From Cyclobacteriaceae bacterium (GTDB taxonomy: Bacteria; Bacteroidota; Bacteroidia; Cytophagales; Cyclobacteriaceae): a stretch of DNA of 64,000 bases. Of this stretch, positions 38,824-49,939 are shown one piece after another (within the stretch, counting starts at the first letter, position 1; every line of letters begins with the position of its first letter). The notes beneath the pieces were generated by a model. The model saw nothing but the letters and a program-made list of their open reading frames with translations, did no database searches and had not been told where the DNA came from. A program made the translations under genes and the position numbers. The DNA lies in contig CBDDGZ010000002.1 of NCBI GenBank assembly GCA_965228105.1, positions 3,806,154-3,870,153 of the forward strand, in the 5' to 3' direction.

Positions 38824-39705
38824 TCAACAGATAAAATTCTGTATACCGTATTGTTTACTAAGCAATTGGGTCCTGCGATCTACTTCGTTTTTATAAGTGT
38901 AGGGCAAATAACCGGATTGAAATAGTTTCTGGTATTTGGGATACAAATCCGGGTAGTACTTTTGAATGGCATTCATCGTCAGTGTTTTGCTATCTGCCTT
39001 TCCTTCACCAAATAAGGTGATGGTGGCTGGAAAGATGTAATCAACCGGGATCGCACTAAATGTTTGAAACATAGATTGTAATGATTCGTCGGTATCCGAG
39101 ATATAAGGCAGCAATGGCATCATACTGATTCCTGTCTTAAACCCATTCGATTTGGCAGCGCTTGCAGCTTCCAGCCGATCTAAAGGTTTGGTTGCCCCAG
39201 GCTCAAAAATATTACTTACTTCATCATCCAGCGCTGAGAATGAAAAAGTGATAAAGGCACCACGATTCAATCCCTTGAGATCATTGGGTAATATGGCTGT
39301 GCTATCAATTTCTTCAAGTAAATCAAAATCCCGGGTAACAAGGTCTGATTTCGTTATGATATGAACAGGAAATTGATATTTGAGCATCACCTTGAGGGCT
39401 TCCCTGGTCAGCTCATAGTCTTTTTCAATCTTTAAATACGGATCTGTAGCCGATGAAAGGACAATGATCCCATGATCTCCTTTGCGTGCTCTGAGGGCCA
39501 GCTGTTTTTCCAGCACCTCAATGGCGTTGACTTTGACTCCCAGGTTATTTTCCATGTGCACACCATACTTACTGCCCCTGATATAGCAGTAGAGGCAGTT
39601 GAAGGCACACCCTGAGTATGCATTGAAAGTATAATCATCTAAAAACCAGGGATCACGCTTCTTTTTCCTGTTTAGGACGGTCTTAGCATGTATCTCCCTG
39701 GCCAA
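38824..39705 (-). CDS. radical SAM protein (SplB / DNA-photolyase-like group)
   Basis: CAFNCLYC (C-x3-C-x2-C) near the N-terminus, 293 aa. TTG start. Confidence 0.75.
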   Translation of the reverse strand: MAREIHAKTVLNRKKKRDPWFLDDYTFNAYSGCAFNCLYCYIRGSKYGVHMENNLGVKVNAIEVLEKQLALRARKGDHGIIVLSSATDPYLKIEKDYELTREALKVMLKYQFPVHIITKSDLVTRDFDLLEEIDSTAILPNDLKGLNRGAFITFSFSALDDEVSNIFEPGATKPLDRLEAASAAKSNGFKTGISMMPLLPYISDTDESLQSMFQTFSAIPVDYIFPATITLFGEGKADSKTLTMNAIQKYYPDLYPKYQKLFQSGYLPYTYKNEVDRRTQLLSKQYGIQNFIC

Positions 39706-39712
39706 AACGGGA

Positions 39713-40375
39713 TTATTTTACCAGATATGGTAAGATTACTTTTTGCCAGATCTTGTAACCTTCAGCATTCATGTGAAGATTATCCTCTCTGAAAATATTG
39801 GTGAAAACCATTCCATCTTCGTCAAGAGCCGGATACCAAACATCTACGTATTCCGTTTTTTCATTTCTGCAGGCAAACAGTTCCAATGCTTCATTCAGCT
39901 CCAGATACTTATCTCCAAGCTCCCATCGGGCAACACTTGGTTTTGCAGCAATGAGGGCTACTTCTGTATTTGGCAATTTTTTAGCAATGATTTTTCGGAT
40001 CTTTTTCACCTCTTTCATAATGGCCTTTGTATCCTTTCCTTTGGCAATATCATTGTCACCTTCATAGATGAAAATTTTGGAAGGCTCGTAAGGAATCACA
40101 ATCCGATCGAGGTAATACAATAAATCAGAGTACATTGACCCACCAAAACCCCGGTTGATCACTTCATGTTCCGGAAAATAATCGGCTATATCCTGCCAGA
40201 TACGGATTGATGAGCTACCAACAAACAGGTTGGCTCCTTTTTGCGGAAAACTAGCTTTATCCGCCGCTTCATATTCCAGGATGGTCTTCTCAAATCTTTG
40301 AGGGCCCTGCTCCTGGGCTTGCAGGATGGAAATAGTAAATACGAATACAAAAAGAGAAAGAATCAGATTTTTCAT
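39713..40375 (-). CDS. SGNH/GDSL hydrolase, secreted
   Basis: Signal peptide. Blocks VGSSSI, GFGG, YEGDND, DNLHMN. Confidence 0.8.
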   Translation of the reverse strand: MKNLILSLFVFVFTISILQAQEQGPQRFEKTILEYEAADKASFPQKGANLFVGSSSIRIWQDIADYFPEHEVINRGFGGSMYSDLLYYLDRIVIPYEPSKIFIYEGDNDIAKGKDTKAIMKEVKKIRKIIAKKLPNTEVALIAAKPSVARWELGDKYLELNEALELFACRNEKTEYVDVWYPALDEDGMVFTNIFREDNLHMNAEGYKIWQKVILPYLVK

Positions 40376-40422
40376 CGGTTCGGGTTAAACTTGGTTTCTT
40401 AAAATTAAACCTATCAGGAACT

Positions 40423-42612
40423 TTAACTTCCCTGTGCTATCAGCTTTTTGCTATTTGTGCCTCCAGCTTTGGGGAGTTCCCTATAAAAGAATATCTGATC
40501 AATAAATATGCCAGCTTTTTTGCCTTTGTGACGGTGCCACTCAGGTAGTCGCTCCACTGGGTGAGCAATGATCTTATAAAATTGGAACTTACTATTGTCT
40601 ACATTGAATGAGAACATATGAGAAGTCCTATCTCTGAACTCTTCCTTATCATAAAAAAGCTTCTTAGTCTGAAGTAGCTTAAGGTCATCTTTGCTATCTC
40701 CACCCCAAAGCTCTGCTACGGCCGGTACTGCAGCCATATTTCTTTGTTCAATTCCGTAGTTAAATGCAACTACTTTAAGTGCCGGAGCGTCTTCCCCCAG
40801 ATCTGCAATCACTCCAAAAGGCGTATTGAAGAAGCCCAGCCAGGAAAAGTATGGAAGGTCCCTGACATTGCCTACCTCATCATCAATAAGGGTGAGTTTT
40901 CCTTTTCCCTTATATATTCCAGTGGTTGGATAAAGCAACTCAACATCCTTTGGCTTTACTCCACGCTGAACCAGCTTAAACGTAACCGTATCGCTTGACA
41001 ACCATCCCTCTTTATAGGCATAGGCTTTAAGCGTAACGTCACCATCATAATTCAGGGGTTGAGAATAGATGTTGGATGTGCTATCCGGATCGTTTCCATC
41101 ATCAGTATACCGGATGGTCACTCCCTTGATCTTGTGAATCAATTCGACTGGATCCTCAGAAGTAATGATCTTTTTACCTCCGGCCAGCAATGGGGCAGTA
41201 AGCGGCAACATCTCACTTTCATCCGGCTCAAACCCGGCAACAAGATTTACTCCCTTGTCAGTCATCTGTTTTATGTCCGCTGGAGAAAGGTTTGTATTCC
41301 AGACGAATAACTCCTCTATTTCGGGATTTTTCAATTCGGCCAGTGACGACGCAGTGACCGCGGTCCCAGAAAGTGAAATAGATTTCAACTTTTTCAGTCC
41401 ATTGAGGACTGACAGTTTTTCTCCAGAGATATCAGTGAAATTTAGGTTTAACACTTCCAGGTTCTGAAACTGATTTACCAATTCGAAAATCTCATCATCT
41501 ACTGGCAAATAAGCCATATCAAGGCTCACCACCTGCTTATTAATGTCCTTTAGTTCAGTCAAATATTCTTTTTTGAAGGTTTGTCGACCTAGTATTTTTA
41601 CATCAATAGCAGGTGAATTTGGCGCTTTCTGTATCACCGTTCTATAAGGGTTATTCAGTGATTCAATCAGGTCGGCATCAGCAAAGTCAAATGTATATTG
41701 TGGTTCGCTTGCTGTTTGTTCACTTGCAAGGTGCTTTTGAGCCAGTAGAAATAATGTGTCTTTCTTGTCAATTGCTGCGAAAGGTATTGTTTCGTCTGCT
41801 CCTTTTCTGATCCATTCTTTGATCAGTGACAATTCGACATCAGTGAGTTGTGGCTTGCCTTTCGGCGGCATATGTTTTTTATGCTCTAGTGGCAGGTTGG
41901 CTCGCGTAATCAGCTGGCTGGAATCCGGGTTGCCCCCTATCCAAAGCAAACCATTTTTCCCTCCCTGGTGCAATTTCTCCAGGGTGGAAATGTCCAGCTC
42001 TCCCTTATGCTTTTCAGCACTGTGGCAGTTAATGCATTTGGTTTCTAAAATGGGATAGATCACAGAAGTGAAGACCGGTTCATTTTTATCAAAAGGCTCC
42101 TCTTCTTTGGTAAAAATAGGTTCCGTCAAAAAATTGATCCCATGTGTAAGTCCGGCTCCGAAATGCCCTGCTATGACAATCCCTACAAAGCTGACATATA
42201 GTGACCACTGATAGACCTGTCTCTTTTTATAGAAAAGAATAAGCAGATACATCAGGTAGCTCACGCCTACCCCGATCCACTTGTGAATGGACAGCACCTC
42301 GGAAGTGTAGCCCTCTTCCAATGACAGGAAAAATCCCATCAATGCGGTCAGGACCGTAGTAAAGCCAGTAAGTAGCAACAAAAACCGGTTAACCTTTTCA
42401 AAGGCTTCCTCAGGTAGTTGTGACCTAAAGACGTTGGCCAGCACCAGCAGCACAATAAACCCAATGGGGAAATGAAGTATCATCGGGTGCATTCGACCAA
42501 TTGGCTGAAGCCACATGGGCACAAATACTTTTTCTTCAAAAACCAGGAGTATGGTCAGTATGCACAGCAATGAAAATATGCTGTTCGAAACAATCTTTTC
42601 TAAACGGTCCAT
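40423..42612 (-). CDS. membrane-anchored c-type cytochrome domain protein (DUF2231-like TM + PSCyt1 + LRR + chitobiase-C-like + C-terminal beta domain)
   Basis: HPMILHFPIG TM module. Heme motif CINCHS...GELD. LRR stretch (LEVLNLNFTDISGEKLSVLNGLKKLKSISLSGT). TIRYTDDGNDPDSTSNIY segment. Confidence 0.7.
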   Translation of the reverse strand: MDRLEKIVSNSIFSLLCILTILLVFEEKVFVPMWLQPIGRMHPMILHFPIGFIVLLVLANVFRSQLPEEAFEKVNRFLLLLTGFTTVLTALMGFFLSLEEGYTSEVLSIHKWIGVGVSYLMYLLILFYKKRQVYQWSLYVSFVGIVIAGHFGAGLTHGINFLTEPIFTKEEEPFDKNEPVFTSVIYPILETKCINCHSAEKHKGELDISTLEKLHQGGKNGLLWIGGNPDSSQLITRANLPLEHKKHMPPKGKPQLTDVELSLIKEWIRKGADETIPFAAIDKKDTLFLLAQKHLASEQTASEPQYTFDFADADLIESLNNPYRTVIQKAPNSPAIDVKILGRQTFKKEYLTELKDINKQVVSLDMAYLPVDDEIFELVNQFQNLEVLNLNFTDISGEKLSVLNGLKKLKSISLSGTAVTASSLAELKNPEIEELFVWNTNLSPADIKQMTDKGVNLVAGFEPDESEMLPLTAPLLAGGKKIITSEDPVELIHKIKGVTIRYTDDGNDPDSTSNIYSQPLNYDGDVTLKAYAYKEGWLSSDTVTFKLVQRGVKPKDVELLYPTTGIYKGKGKLTLIDDEVGNVRDLPYFSWLGFFNTPFGVIADLGEDAPALKVVAFNYGIEQRNMAAVPAVAELWGGDSKDDLKLLQTKKLFYDKEEFRDRTSHMFSFNVDNSKFQFYKIIAHPVERLPEWHRHKGKKAGIFIDQIFFYRELPKAGGTNSKKLIAQGS

Positions 42613-42614
42613 CC

Positions 42615-44069
42615 TTAAGCTATAATTCCAGGCACCACTTTTCCATGCACATCAGTCAATCGGAAACGTCTTCCAAGATATTTATATGTTAGTTTTTCAT
42701 GATCCAGCCCCATCAGGTGAAGAATGGTGGCATGGAGGTCATGGATATGAACAGGATCTTTGACGATGTTGTATCCAAATTCGTCTGTCTCACCATAGGA
42801 GATACCGGCTTTCACCCCTCCTCCGGCCATCCACATGCTGTAGCACCTTGGATGATGATCCCTACCATAATTTTCTTTTGTCAGCTTACCCTGGCAATAG
42901 TTGGTTCGCCCGAACTCTCCACCCCAGATTACCAGCGTCTCATCCAGCAATCCTCTTTGTTTTAAATCAGTGATCAAGGCTGCAGAAGCTCTGTCTACAT
43001 CTTCTGCCTGCAAGGGCATCTCCTGGGCCAGGCTTCCATGTTGATCCCATCCCTGGTGGTAAAGCTGCACAAATCTTACTCCAGCCTCAGATAGTTTTCT
43101 GGCAAGCAGGCAGTTGGATGCATAGGTACCCGGTACCATACAGTCCGAACCATACATTTTCACGATATGATCAGGCTCTTTTGAAATATCTGTGACATCC
43201 GGGACGGCTGTCTGCATTCTATAAGCCATCTCATATTGCTGTATCTTGGTATGGATCTCCGGGTCTCCGAAGTCCTGGTAGCTCATTTCATTGAGCGAAG
43301 CCAGGTTGTCCAGCATCTTACGCCGATCTTCAGGACTATGTCCCTCCGGATTGTTGAGGTAAAGGATTGGATCTTCAGAGGCACTGAACTGCACGCCCTG
43401 GTGAACGCTATCCAAAAACCCATTGGTCCACAGCTTGGAATACACTCCTTGTCCGTTTCCTCTTCCCTTGGACAGCAGGACACAAAATGCCGGTAAATTC
43501 TTGTTTTCACTTCCCAGTCCATAACTCAGCCACGATCCCATACTGGGTCTGTTCCCCACCTGTGCACCTGTCTGGAAGAATGTCAAGGCCGGGTCATGGT
43601 TGATGGCCTCGGTATGGATGGTCTTGATCACGCAGATGTCATCAGTGATCTTGGCGATGTTAGGAAAGATGTCGCTTACCCAGGTACCAGATTGACCGTG
43701 TTGTTTAAACCCAAATTGAGAACCAACAAGTGGAAACCGTTCCTGATTGGCAGTCATACCTGTGACACGCTGGTTACCTCTTACAGATTCTGGCAGATCC
43801 TGATCATACATCTCATTCAATAACGGCTTATAGTCGAAGCTTTCCAGCTGAGATGGAGCACCGTTTTGAAACAGGAAGATGATCCTCTTTGCTTTTGGGG
43901 CGAAATGGGTAAATCCAAGCGGAAGTTCGCTCTCACTACCAGAACTCCCATTTAAGAGGTCCGGGATCATCAATGAACCCAATGCCGCGCTACCAACCCC
44001 CAGGGCAGCTTTGCCCAGGAAGTGTCGTCTGTTGATGTTTAGTCCGCTTTCTAAAAATTCCTTTTCCAT
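42615..44069 (-). CDS. DUF1501 family protein (sulfatase/alkaline-phosphatase-like fold), TAT-exported
   Basis: Twin-arginine NRRHFLGKAALGVG. Sequence pattern typical of the DUF1501 partners of DUF1553 proteins. Confidence 0.85.
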   Translation of the reverse strand: MEKEFLESGLNINRRHFLGKAALGVGSAALGSLMIPDLLNGSSGSESELPLGFTHFAPKAKRIIFLFQNGAPSQLESFDYKPLLNEMYDQDLPESVRGNQRVTGMTANQERFPLVGSQFGFKQHGQSGTWVSDIFPNIAKITDDICVIKTIHTEAINHDPALTFFQTGAQVGNRPSMGSWLSYGLGSENKNLPAFCVLLSKGRGNGQGVYSKLWTNGFLDSVHQGVQFSASEDPILYLNNPEGHSPEDRRKMLDNLASLNEMSYQDFGDPEIHTKIQQYEMAYRMQTAVPDVTDISKEPDHIVKMYGSDCMVPGTYASNCLLARKLSEAGVRFVQLYHQGWDQHGSLAQEMPLQAEDVDRASAALITDLKQRGLLDETLVIWGGEFGRTNYCQGKLTKENYGRDHHPRCYSMWMAGGGVKAGISYGETDEFGYNIVKDPVHIHDLHATILHLMGLDHEKLTYKYLGRRFRLTDVHGKVVPGIIA

Positions 44070-44072
44070 GTT

Positions 44073-46385
44073 CTAGCTTTTCACAATGGCTTCTTCCATG
44101 TTATAAATCGTGTGTATCACCTGCATGAGGGCTGCTACAGCCACTTCATCCCGGTCCTCTATGATGGGGTATTCCCCCACAGAAATATATTCTATTGCCT
44201 TTTCAGGGTTCGATTCAAATGCCTTTTTCTGCTCAGACAGGTAGCCCATCAATAGTTTCTTTTCTGGCTCCTTTACAGGTCGGCAAATGATCGACCTAAA
44301 TGCATTGCTCACCCGTTCTTCATCTGATATTTGCGCTGAAACTAGACGTTCTGCTAATACCCTGGATGCTTCAAGCACAGTAGGATCGTTGAGCATGACA
44401 AGTGCCTGCAGTGGTGTATTGGTGGAATGTCTTTTTTCCTCGCATTGATCCCGAGATGAGGCGTCGAAAGTTAACATTACAGGTGGGGGCACAGTTCGCT
44501 TAATAAAGGTGTAAATACCTCTCCTATATAAATCATTGCCATGGTCCTGCACATATTTTTCCAGGGTACCTCTTCCTGATGATGCTACTTCCCACATGCC
44601 ATCCGGCTGGTAAGGCTTTACACTTGGGCCACCAATTTCCGGATTTAGTAACCCGCTGCTGGCCAAAACCATGTCCCTGATGGTCTCTGCTTTCATCCTG
44701 CTTCGGTGCATCCTCGCCAAATAGTTGTTTTCCGGATCTTTTTTCAGGTGCTTTTTTGTGACTATGGCAGACTGTGTATAGGTAGCTGAGGTAACGATCT
44801 GTTTTACCAGCCGCTTAATGTCCCAGCCATTTTCCCTGAAATCCACAGCTAACCAATCCAGTAATTCAGGATGAGTAGGCAAGTCTCCCTGCATACCGAA
44901 ATCTCCTACTGTCTTTACGATACCGCGGGTGAAAAACTCCGTCCAGATGCGATTGACAAAGACTCGTGCCGTCAAAGGATTTTCTTCACTCAAAAGCCAA
45001 TTGGCCAATCCCAACCGATTGGGCTCAAATTGGGTTGTATCAAACTCCATGATGGCCTCAGGCGTTCCAAAGGAGACCACCTTCGCCTTGGCATCGTAAT
45101 TTCCGCGATCCAGGACATGGGTGTCTCTGATACCTACAGAATCCTTCATGACCATTACATCTACATATCCGGTGTCCCTGTTGTTGATGAAAGTGAGGAT
45201 ATCCTGCTTCATTTCATTAGTGATTTTAATGAATGGAGGATCGGCGAAAGAGGCATCTATCGTACCCACTATACCTTTTTCAGGTACCTTATCAAAAAAG
45301 GCAAACGTGCTAAAGTATTCTTCCTGTGAGATGGGATCATATTTGTGATCATGGCATTTGGCACATTCCATTGTCATACCTAGAAAAGTCTTCCCAAGGG
45401 TATTCGTACGGTCTGTTACGTATTCGATTCGGTATTCTTCATCAATCACGCCACCTTCCTGGGTGATCTTATGATTACGATTGAACCCAGTAGCTAATTG
45501 AGTCTCTATATTTTGGTCCGGGATGAGATCACCGGCCAGCTGCCAGGTCACCATCCTGTCATAGCTATAGTTTTCGTTGAAGGCATGAATCACCCAGTCT
45601 CTCCAAGGCCACATGGTTCGGTATCCATCATCCTGGTATCCATGAGAATCCGCATACCGGGCAAGGTCCAGCCAATGAACAGCCATTTTTTCACCATAAT
45701 GTTTGTTTGCCAACAGCTGATCCACCACTTTTTCGTAGGCATCATCAGAATCATCCGCCAGGAAAGCTTCTTGCATCTCCAGAGTTGGAGGCAAACCAGT
45801 CAGATCAAAAGCAACCCGTTTTAATAAGTATTCTTTGTCTGACACCTCATTGGGGGATAAACCCATTTCTTCAAGCTTGTCAAGCACAAAATAATCAATT
45901 TCGTTTTTCACCCAATCCTCATCTTTCACCTTGGGTAATTCTGCTTTTTCAGGTGGGATAAATGCCCAGTGCTGTTTGTATTCAGCTCCTTGTTTGATCC
46001 ATTTCTCAATTACCTGGATCTCATAGTCATTGAGGTGAACATTGAACTCAGGGGGTGGCATCATCTCGGCTGTGTCAGAGGTGGTCATCTTGAGGAAGGC
46101 AATGGACGCTTCCGGCTTGCCTTTTACAAACGGAAACTGGTTTTCATAATCCTTCAATGGTGTAAAAGCGCCTTCCTCTGTATCCAACCTTAGGTCTGCT
46201 TGCCTTGCGTTGGCATCCGGACCATGGCAGGCAAAACATTTATCAGACAAAATAGGTCTAACATGAAAATTGAAGTCTACTTTTTCCGGCACTTTCAGAT
46301 CAGCAGCAACGTCTGAAGTTTCATGCTTACAGGAATTAAAGACAACCGAAAAGAGAATAAAAACCGATACCCAAATAACTCTCAT
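44073..46385 (-). CDS. PSCyt1/DUF1549 (PSCyt2)/DUF1553 (PSD1) family protein
   Basis: Signal peptide, heme motif CFACHGPD...ADLRLD, and an internal [11 protein letters not shown] motif typical of DUF1549. 770 aa. Confidence 0.85.
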   Translation of the reverse strand: MRVIWVSVFILFSVVFNSCKHETSDVAADLKVPEKVDFNFHVRPILSDKCFACHGPDANARQADLRLDTEEGAFTPLKDYENQFPFVKGKPEASIAFLKMTTSDTAEMMPPPEFNVHLNDYEIQVIEKWIKQGAEYKQHWAFIPPEKAELPKVKDEDWVKNEIDYFVLDKLEEMGLSPNEVSDKEYLLKRVAFDLTGLPPTLEMQEAFLADDSDDAYEKVVDQLLANKHYGEKMAVHWLDLARYADSHGYQDDGYRTMWPWRDWVIHAFNENYSYDRMVTWQLAGDLIPDQNIETQLATGFNRNHKITQEGGVIDEEYRIEYVTDRTNTLGKTFLGMTMECAKCHDHKYDPISQEEYFSTFAFFDKVPEKGIVGTIDASFADPPFIKITNEMKQDILTFINNRDTGYVDVMVMKDSVGIRDTHVLDRGNYDAKAKVVSFGTPEAIMEFDTTQFEPNRLGLANWLLSEENPLTARVFVNRIWTEFFTRGIVKTVGDFGMQGDLPTHPELLDWLAVDFRENGWDIKRLVKQIVTSATYTQSAIVTKKHLKKDPENNYLARMHRSRMKAETIRDMVLASSGLLNPEIGGPSVKPYQPDGMWEVASSGRGTLEKYVQDHGNDLYRRGIYTFIKRTVPPPVMLTFDASSRDQCEEKRHSTNTPLQALVMLNDPTVLEASRVLAERLVSAQISDEERVSNAFRSIICRPVKEPEKKLLMGYLSEQKKAFESNPEKAIEYISVGEYPIIEDRDEVAVAALMQVIHTIYNMEEAIVKS

Positions 46386-46697
46386 TTCATAAATATAATG
46401 AGTCTAACCACACTGTTTTTTCTAGATTTTAAATATTTAAAATTAGTTGATTTTTTTCAATCAAACCTTACAATGAATTCATTGTACACTCATCTTTTTG
46501 AAAACGTTTAAAATTAAGAAGCCGCATAGTCAACTTGGCTGAAAACCTTTGTCCACTAACCTGAATTCCCAGTACATACAATTCCTCACTGATGAGCATC
46601 CTATATTCAAAAAATGATCATGAATTCACAATAATTACTCGATTTAACCTATCATAGCGGCTACCTAGAACATTAAATTATCCTTGCTCTTTTTTTG

Positions 46698-47621
46698 ATG
46701 ATGAAACAATTTATCCTCAGCATAGTCACACTGTACATTTCGATTAACCTTATTGCTCAACCCTATAAAATCGGATCCGAAACGGGAAAAATCCTCTTTC
46801 TGGGCAACAGCATCACCCAGCAGGGGGATTATATCTCCTTTATTGAAACTTATTTTACATTGAAGTACCCTGATCACAATCTGGAATTTATCAATGTGGG
46901 GTTAGCCAGTGAAACTGTATCCGGACTTAGCGAACCCAATCATGCGAATGGTGCTTTCCCACGTCCTGACCTCCGGGAGCGACTCGACAGGGTTTTAAGT
47001 GAGGTTAAACCCGACTTGATTCTGGCATGCTACGGAATGAATGATGGTATCTATCTCCCGTTTGGAATGGAACGATTCCAAAAGTATCAGGAAGGGATCA
47101 ATTGGTTAAATGAGGAAGCCATCAAAAGAGACATCGAGATAATTTTCGTCACCCCTCCTATCTACGACGAGGCCAAAGGCGCAGCATATGCCAATGTATT
47201 GGATATTTATGCGGACTGGCTCATCAGTAGAAGATATACCGACAGCTGGATGGTTATTGATATTCATGAGCCCATGAAAAGATATCTAGATGATAGAAGA
47301 AAATCAGATTCGACTTTTTACCTGGCCAAAGATGGTGTGCATCCGGGAGCCCAGGGGCACTGGTTTATGGCAAGAGAGATCCTGGTAGGATTAGGTGAGT
47401 TACAGCTCAAGGATGTAGAATACCCTGAAGAAGCTTTTTCAAACTACGCCAGGGGTCAAAAAGTATTGGATTTGGTGAAAGAAAAACAAACAGTCATGAA
47501 ATACGCGTGGCTTTCTCATACCAAACACCTGCGTCCGGGGGTCCAGCCAGGATTGTCTATGAAAGAGGCAGAAAAAAAGAAAAAAGAGCTCAAGATGAAA
47601 ATCACAGAGATCTTGCAATAG
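46698..47621 (+). CDS. SGNH/GDSL hydrolase, secreted
   Basis: FLGNSIT, GMNDG, DGVHP blocks. First ATG at 46698 (track start 46695 is TTG). Confidence 0.8.
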   Translation: MMKQFILSIVTLYISINLIAQPYKIGSETGKILFLGNSITQQGDYISFIETYFTLKYPDHNLEFINVGLASETVSGLSEPNHANGAFPRPDLRERLDRVLSEVKPDLILACYGMNDGIYLPFGMERFQKYQEGINWLNEEAIKRDIEIIFVTPPIYDEAKGAAYANVLDIYADWLISRRYTDSWMVIDIHEPMKRYLDDRRKSDSTFYLAKDGVHPGAQGHWFMAREILVGLGELQLKDVEYPEEAFSNYARGQKVLDLVKEKQTVMKYAWLSHTKHLRPGVQPGLSMKEAEKKKKELKMKITEILQ

Positions 47622-47627
47622 CCAAGC

Positions 47628-49136
47628 TTATTTAAACTCCATCGGAATCGCAGTACCCTGTGGAATCGGCTTTCCCTGCCAGTGTGGAGTCCCATCTACT
47701 ACCTCGATCAATCTTGCAGTTCCCCCGGGAGCCGGAGGAGCGATATTGTCTGGAAGATATTCTTGCAGAGACTGAACAACCGACTGATACCTGGTAAGTG
47801 AAGCCAGATTCCTCCATTCATAGGGATCTTCTACTATGTTGTATAGCTCTTCTGAGCCATCAGCATATTGAATATACCTCCATTGATTGGTGACAACAGC
47901 ATGATTTCCAGGTCCATGTGTAGTAATAGCAGGCCATGCGCGCTGATGGGTAACGTTAACTAAAATGGGTTTCAAGGAATGGCCTTCTATTGTTGTGTTT
48001 TGAGGTAACCCGGCCAAATCAATCAATGTAGGATAAATATCCAGGAGCTCAACCGGCTCATTGCTGATCTTGCCTTTCTCATTGACTCCCAGACCGGCAA
48101 AAACCAATGGCACACGTGTAGACTCGTGCCAGAGTGTGTTTTTACCTGAAATAGCTTTGCTGCCAAGGTGGTATCCATGATCTGAAAGCAGTACGATGAT
48201 TGTATTTTCCAACAGCCCCTCCTCTTCCAGGGTATCCAATAATCTCCCTACAAGCATATCCACGAAACTCACACTGGCCAGGTAGCCTCTTACTTTGGCT
48301 TTCCATTCGTGGTTCATCATCAACCAGGCAAGTCTGGGTTCCGGGAGGTCCCAATGCAGGTACCAGGAGAAAAAGGGGATATCATCCCGATCATCGGCTC
48401 GAACAATCGGAAGCAGCGCATCCTCTTCCGGATAAAGGTCAAACCATTTTTGAGTGGTGTAAAGGGGTACATGAGGGTGCCTGAAACCAACAGACAAAAA
48501 GAAAGGGTCCTTTTTTGGTGGGTTTTTAAGCTGCTCAATGGCCCAGTCAGCCACTTTCCAGTCATCCTGCTGCTCATCCTGCTCAGGGTAAACTCCCCAA
48601 TCGACCAGTGGATGGCCCGTATTTTTCACAATAGGTTCTTCCGGTCTTGGAAGGAAACCGCCTTTGAATCCCCATTTGGTGAATTCGGGTCCATCTCTGC
48701 GATCTTCCTCCGGTGGGTAGGCATCGTGATATACTTTACCCGTTGTTATCGTTTGATATCCTTGCTTTTCAAAATATTGAGGTAAGGTCACATGATTTTT
48801 GAAGCTTTCCAGCGACCTAAACCAGGGACTTAACGCATAGATACCTGTGGTAGTAGGCCTTAAGCCTGTCAGAAAGCTTGTTCTGGAAGGATTGCAGAGT
48901 GGTGATTGGGTATGCGCATTGGTGAAACCAACACCCATGGCTGCCAACCGATCCATATTGGGGGTTTGCACCAGGGGATGGCCATCAAGATAGCCTACCC
49001 AGTCATTCAGGTCATCGATGGCGATCAGTAAGACATTAGGTCGATCAGTTTTTTCGGGAGTAGAAAAAGCAAAGTGAGAAAAGAACATTATTATGATGAC
49101 CCCCACTTTGTTTAGGGCGTTGTTTATTTGAATCAT
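47628..49136 (-). CDS. sulfatase (formylglycine-dependent, S1 family)
   Basis: LLIAIDDLND metal site and SPLCNPSRTSFLTG (C-x-P-x-R). Signal peptide. Confidence 0.9.
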   Translation of the reverse strand: MIQINNALNKVGVIIIMFFSHFAFSTPEKTDRPNVLLIAIDDLNDWVGYLDGHPLVQTPNMDRLAAMGVGFTNAHTQSPLCNPSRTSFLTGLRPTTTGIYALSPWFRSLESFKNHVTLPQYFEKQGYQTITTGKVYHDAYPPEEDRRDGPEFTKWGFKGGFLPRPEEPIVKNTGHPLVDWGVYPEQDEQQDDWKVADWAIEQLKNPPKKDPFFLSVGFRHPHVPLYTTQKWFDLYPEEDALLPIVRADDRDDIPFFSWYLHWDLPEPRLAWLMMNHEWKAKVRGYLASVSFVDMLVGRLLDTLEEEGLLENTIIVLLSDHGYHLGSKAISGKNTLWHESTRVPLVFAGLGVNEKGKISNEPVELLDIYPTLIDLAGLPQNTTIEGHSLKPILVNVTHQRAWPAITTHGPGNHAVVTNQWRYIQYADGSEELYNIVEDPYEWRNLASLTRYQSVVQSLQEYLPDNIAPPAPGGTARLIEVVDGTPHWQGKPIPQGTAIPMEFK

Positions 49137-49149
49137 GGCTATGAAGCTT

Positions 49150-49860
49150 TTATAGTTCCTTAATTCGGATATTCCTGAACTTCAGCTCATCCCCATGGCC
49201 AAGGAACCCGATATATCCGGACTTACTCTGCAATCCGGGATGGTCTTTTCCATCCAGGGTGCCCTTTTTGCTGGCCTTTTTGATATCTCCCTCTACAATG
49301 ACTTCTCCATTCAAAGTCACTTTAATTTTATTTCCTTTGATCCAGACTTCTTCAGTATTCCATTCACCAACAGGCTTTAGGAATCCTCTTTTCGCAGGGA
49401 TCACTCCATATACAGAACCATGATACTGGTATTCATGAAGGTCTTTATACTTGTCTGCAGTGTTGTCCAGGATCTGTATCTCCATGCCTTTATAGGCTGC
49501 GTCACCTTGTAACGGAGCTCTGATACCCAAACCATTATTAGCTCCCGGGGTTAGCTTAAATTCAAACCGGAAGATGAAATCACTGTATTCTTTCTCGGTG
49601 TACAGATTCCCTTTTCCTCCACGACTGGGATCGATTACCAGGTTTCCATTTTCAGCAAAATAGTCAGTCTTATTGCCTTGCCAGCCCTCCAGGTTTTTAC
49701 CATTAAAAAGCGAAACAAAGCCTTCTGCCTTTTCTTCGGGGGTAATTTCCTGTTTTGTCGGAATGATGGGATCACTCATCACTTGTTGAGCCGCTGCAGC
49801 CAGACAAACCACCATCAGTCCTCTTGAAATAAAGGACAACCACCCTAAAATATTTTTCAT
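49150..49860 (-). CDS. DUF1080 (3-keto-disaccharide hydrolase family) protein, secreted
   Basis: FVSLFNGKNLEGWQ..., ...GYIGFLGHGDELKFRNIRIKEL, the typical DUF1080 ends. Confidence 0.85.
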   Translation of the reverse strand: MKNILGWLSFISRGLMVVCLAAAAQQVMSDPIIPTKQEITPEEKAEGFVSLFNGKNLEGWQGNKTDYFAENGNLVIDPSRGGKGNLYTEKEYSDFIFRFEFKLTPGANNGLGIRAPLQGDAAYKGMEIQILDNTADKYKDLHEYQYHGSVYGVIPAKRGFLKPVGEWNTEEVWIKGNKIKVTLNGEVIVEGDIKKASKKGTLDGKDHPGLQSKSGYIGFLGHGDELKFRNIRIKEL

Positions 49861-49939
49861 TCAAATTATACTTAAAGATTAAAAACTAGAACAAGGTCGG
49901 AAAATTACAACAACTGACTGTACTGGACTTACAAGAGAT

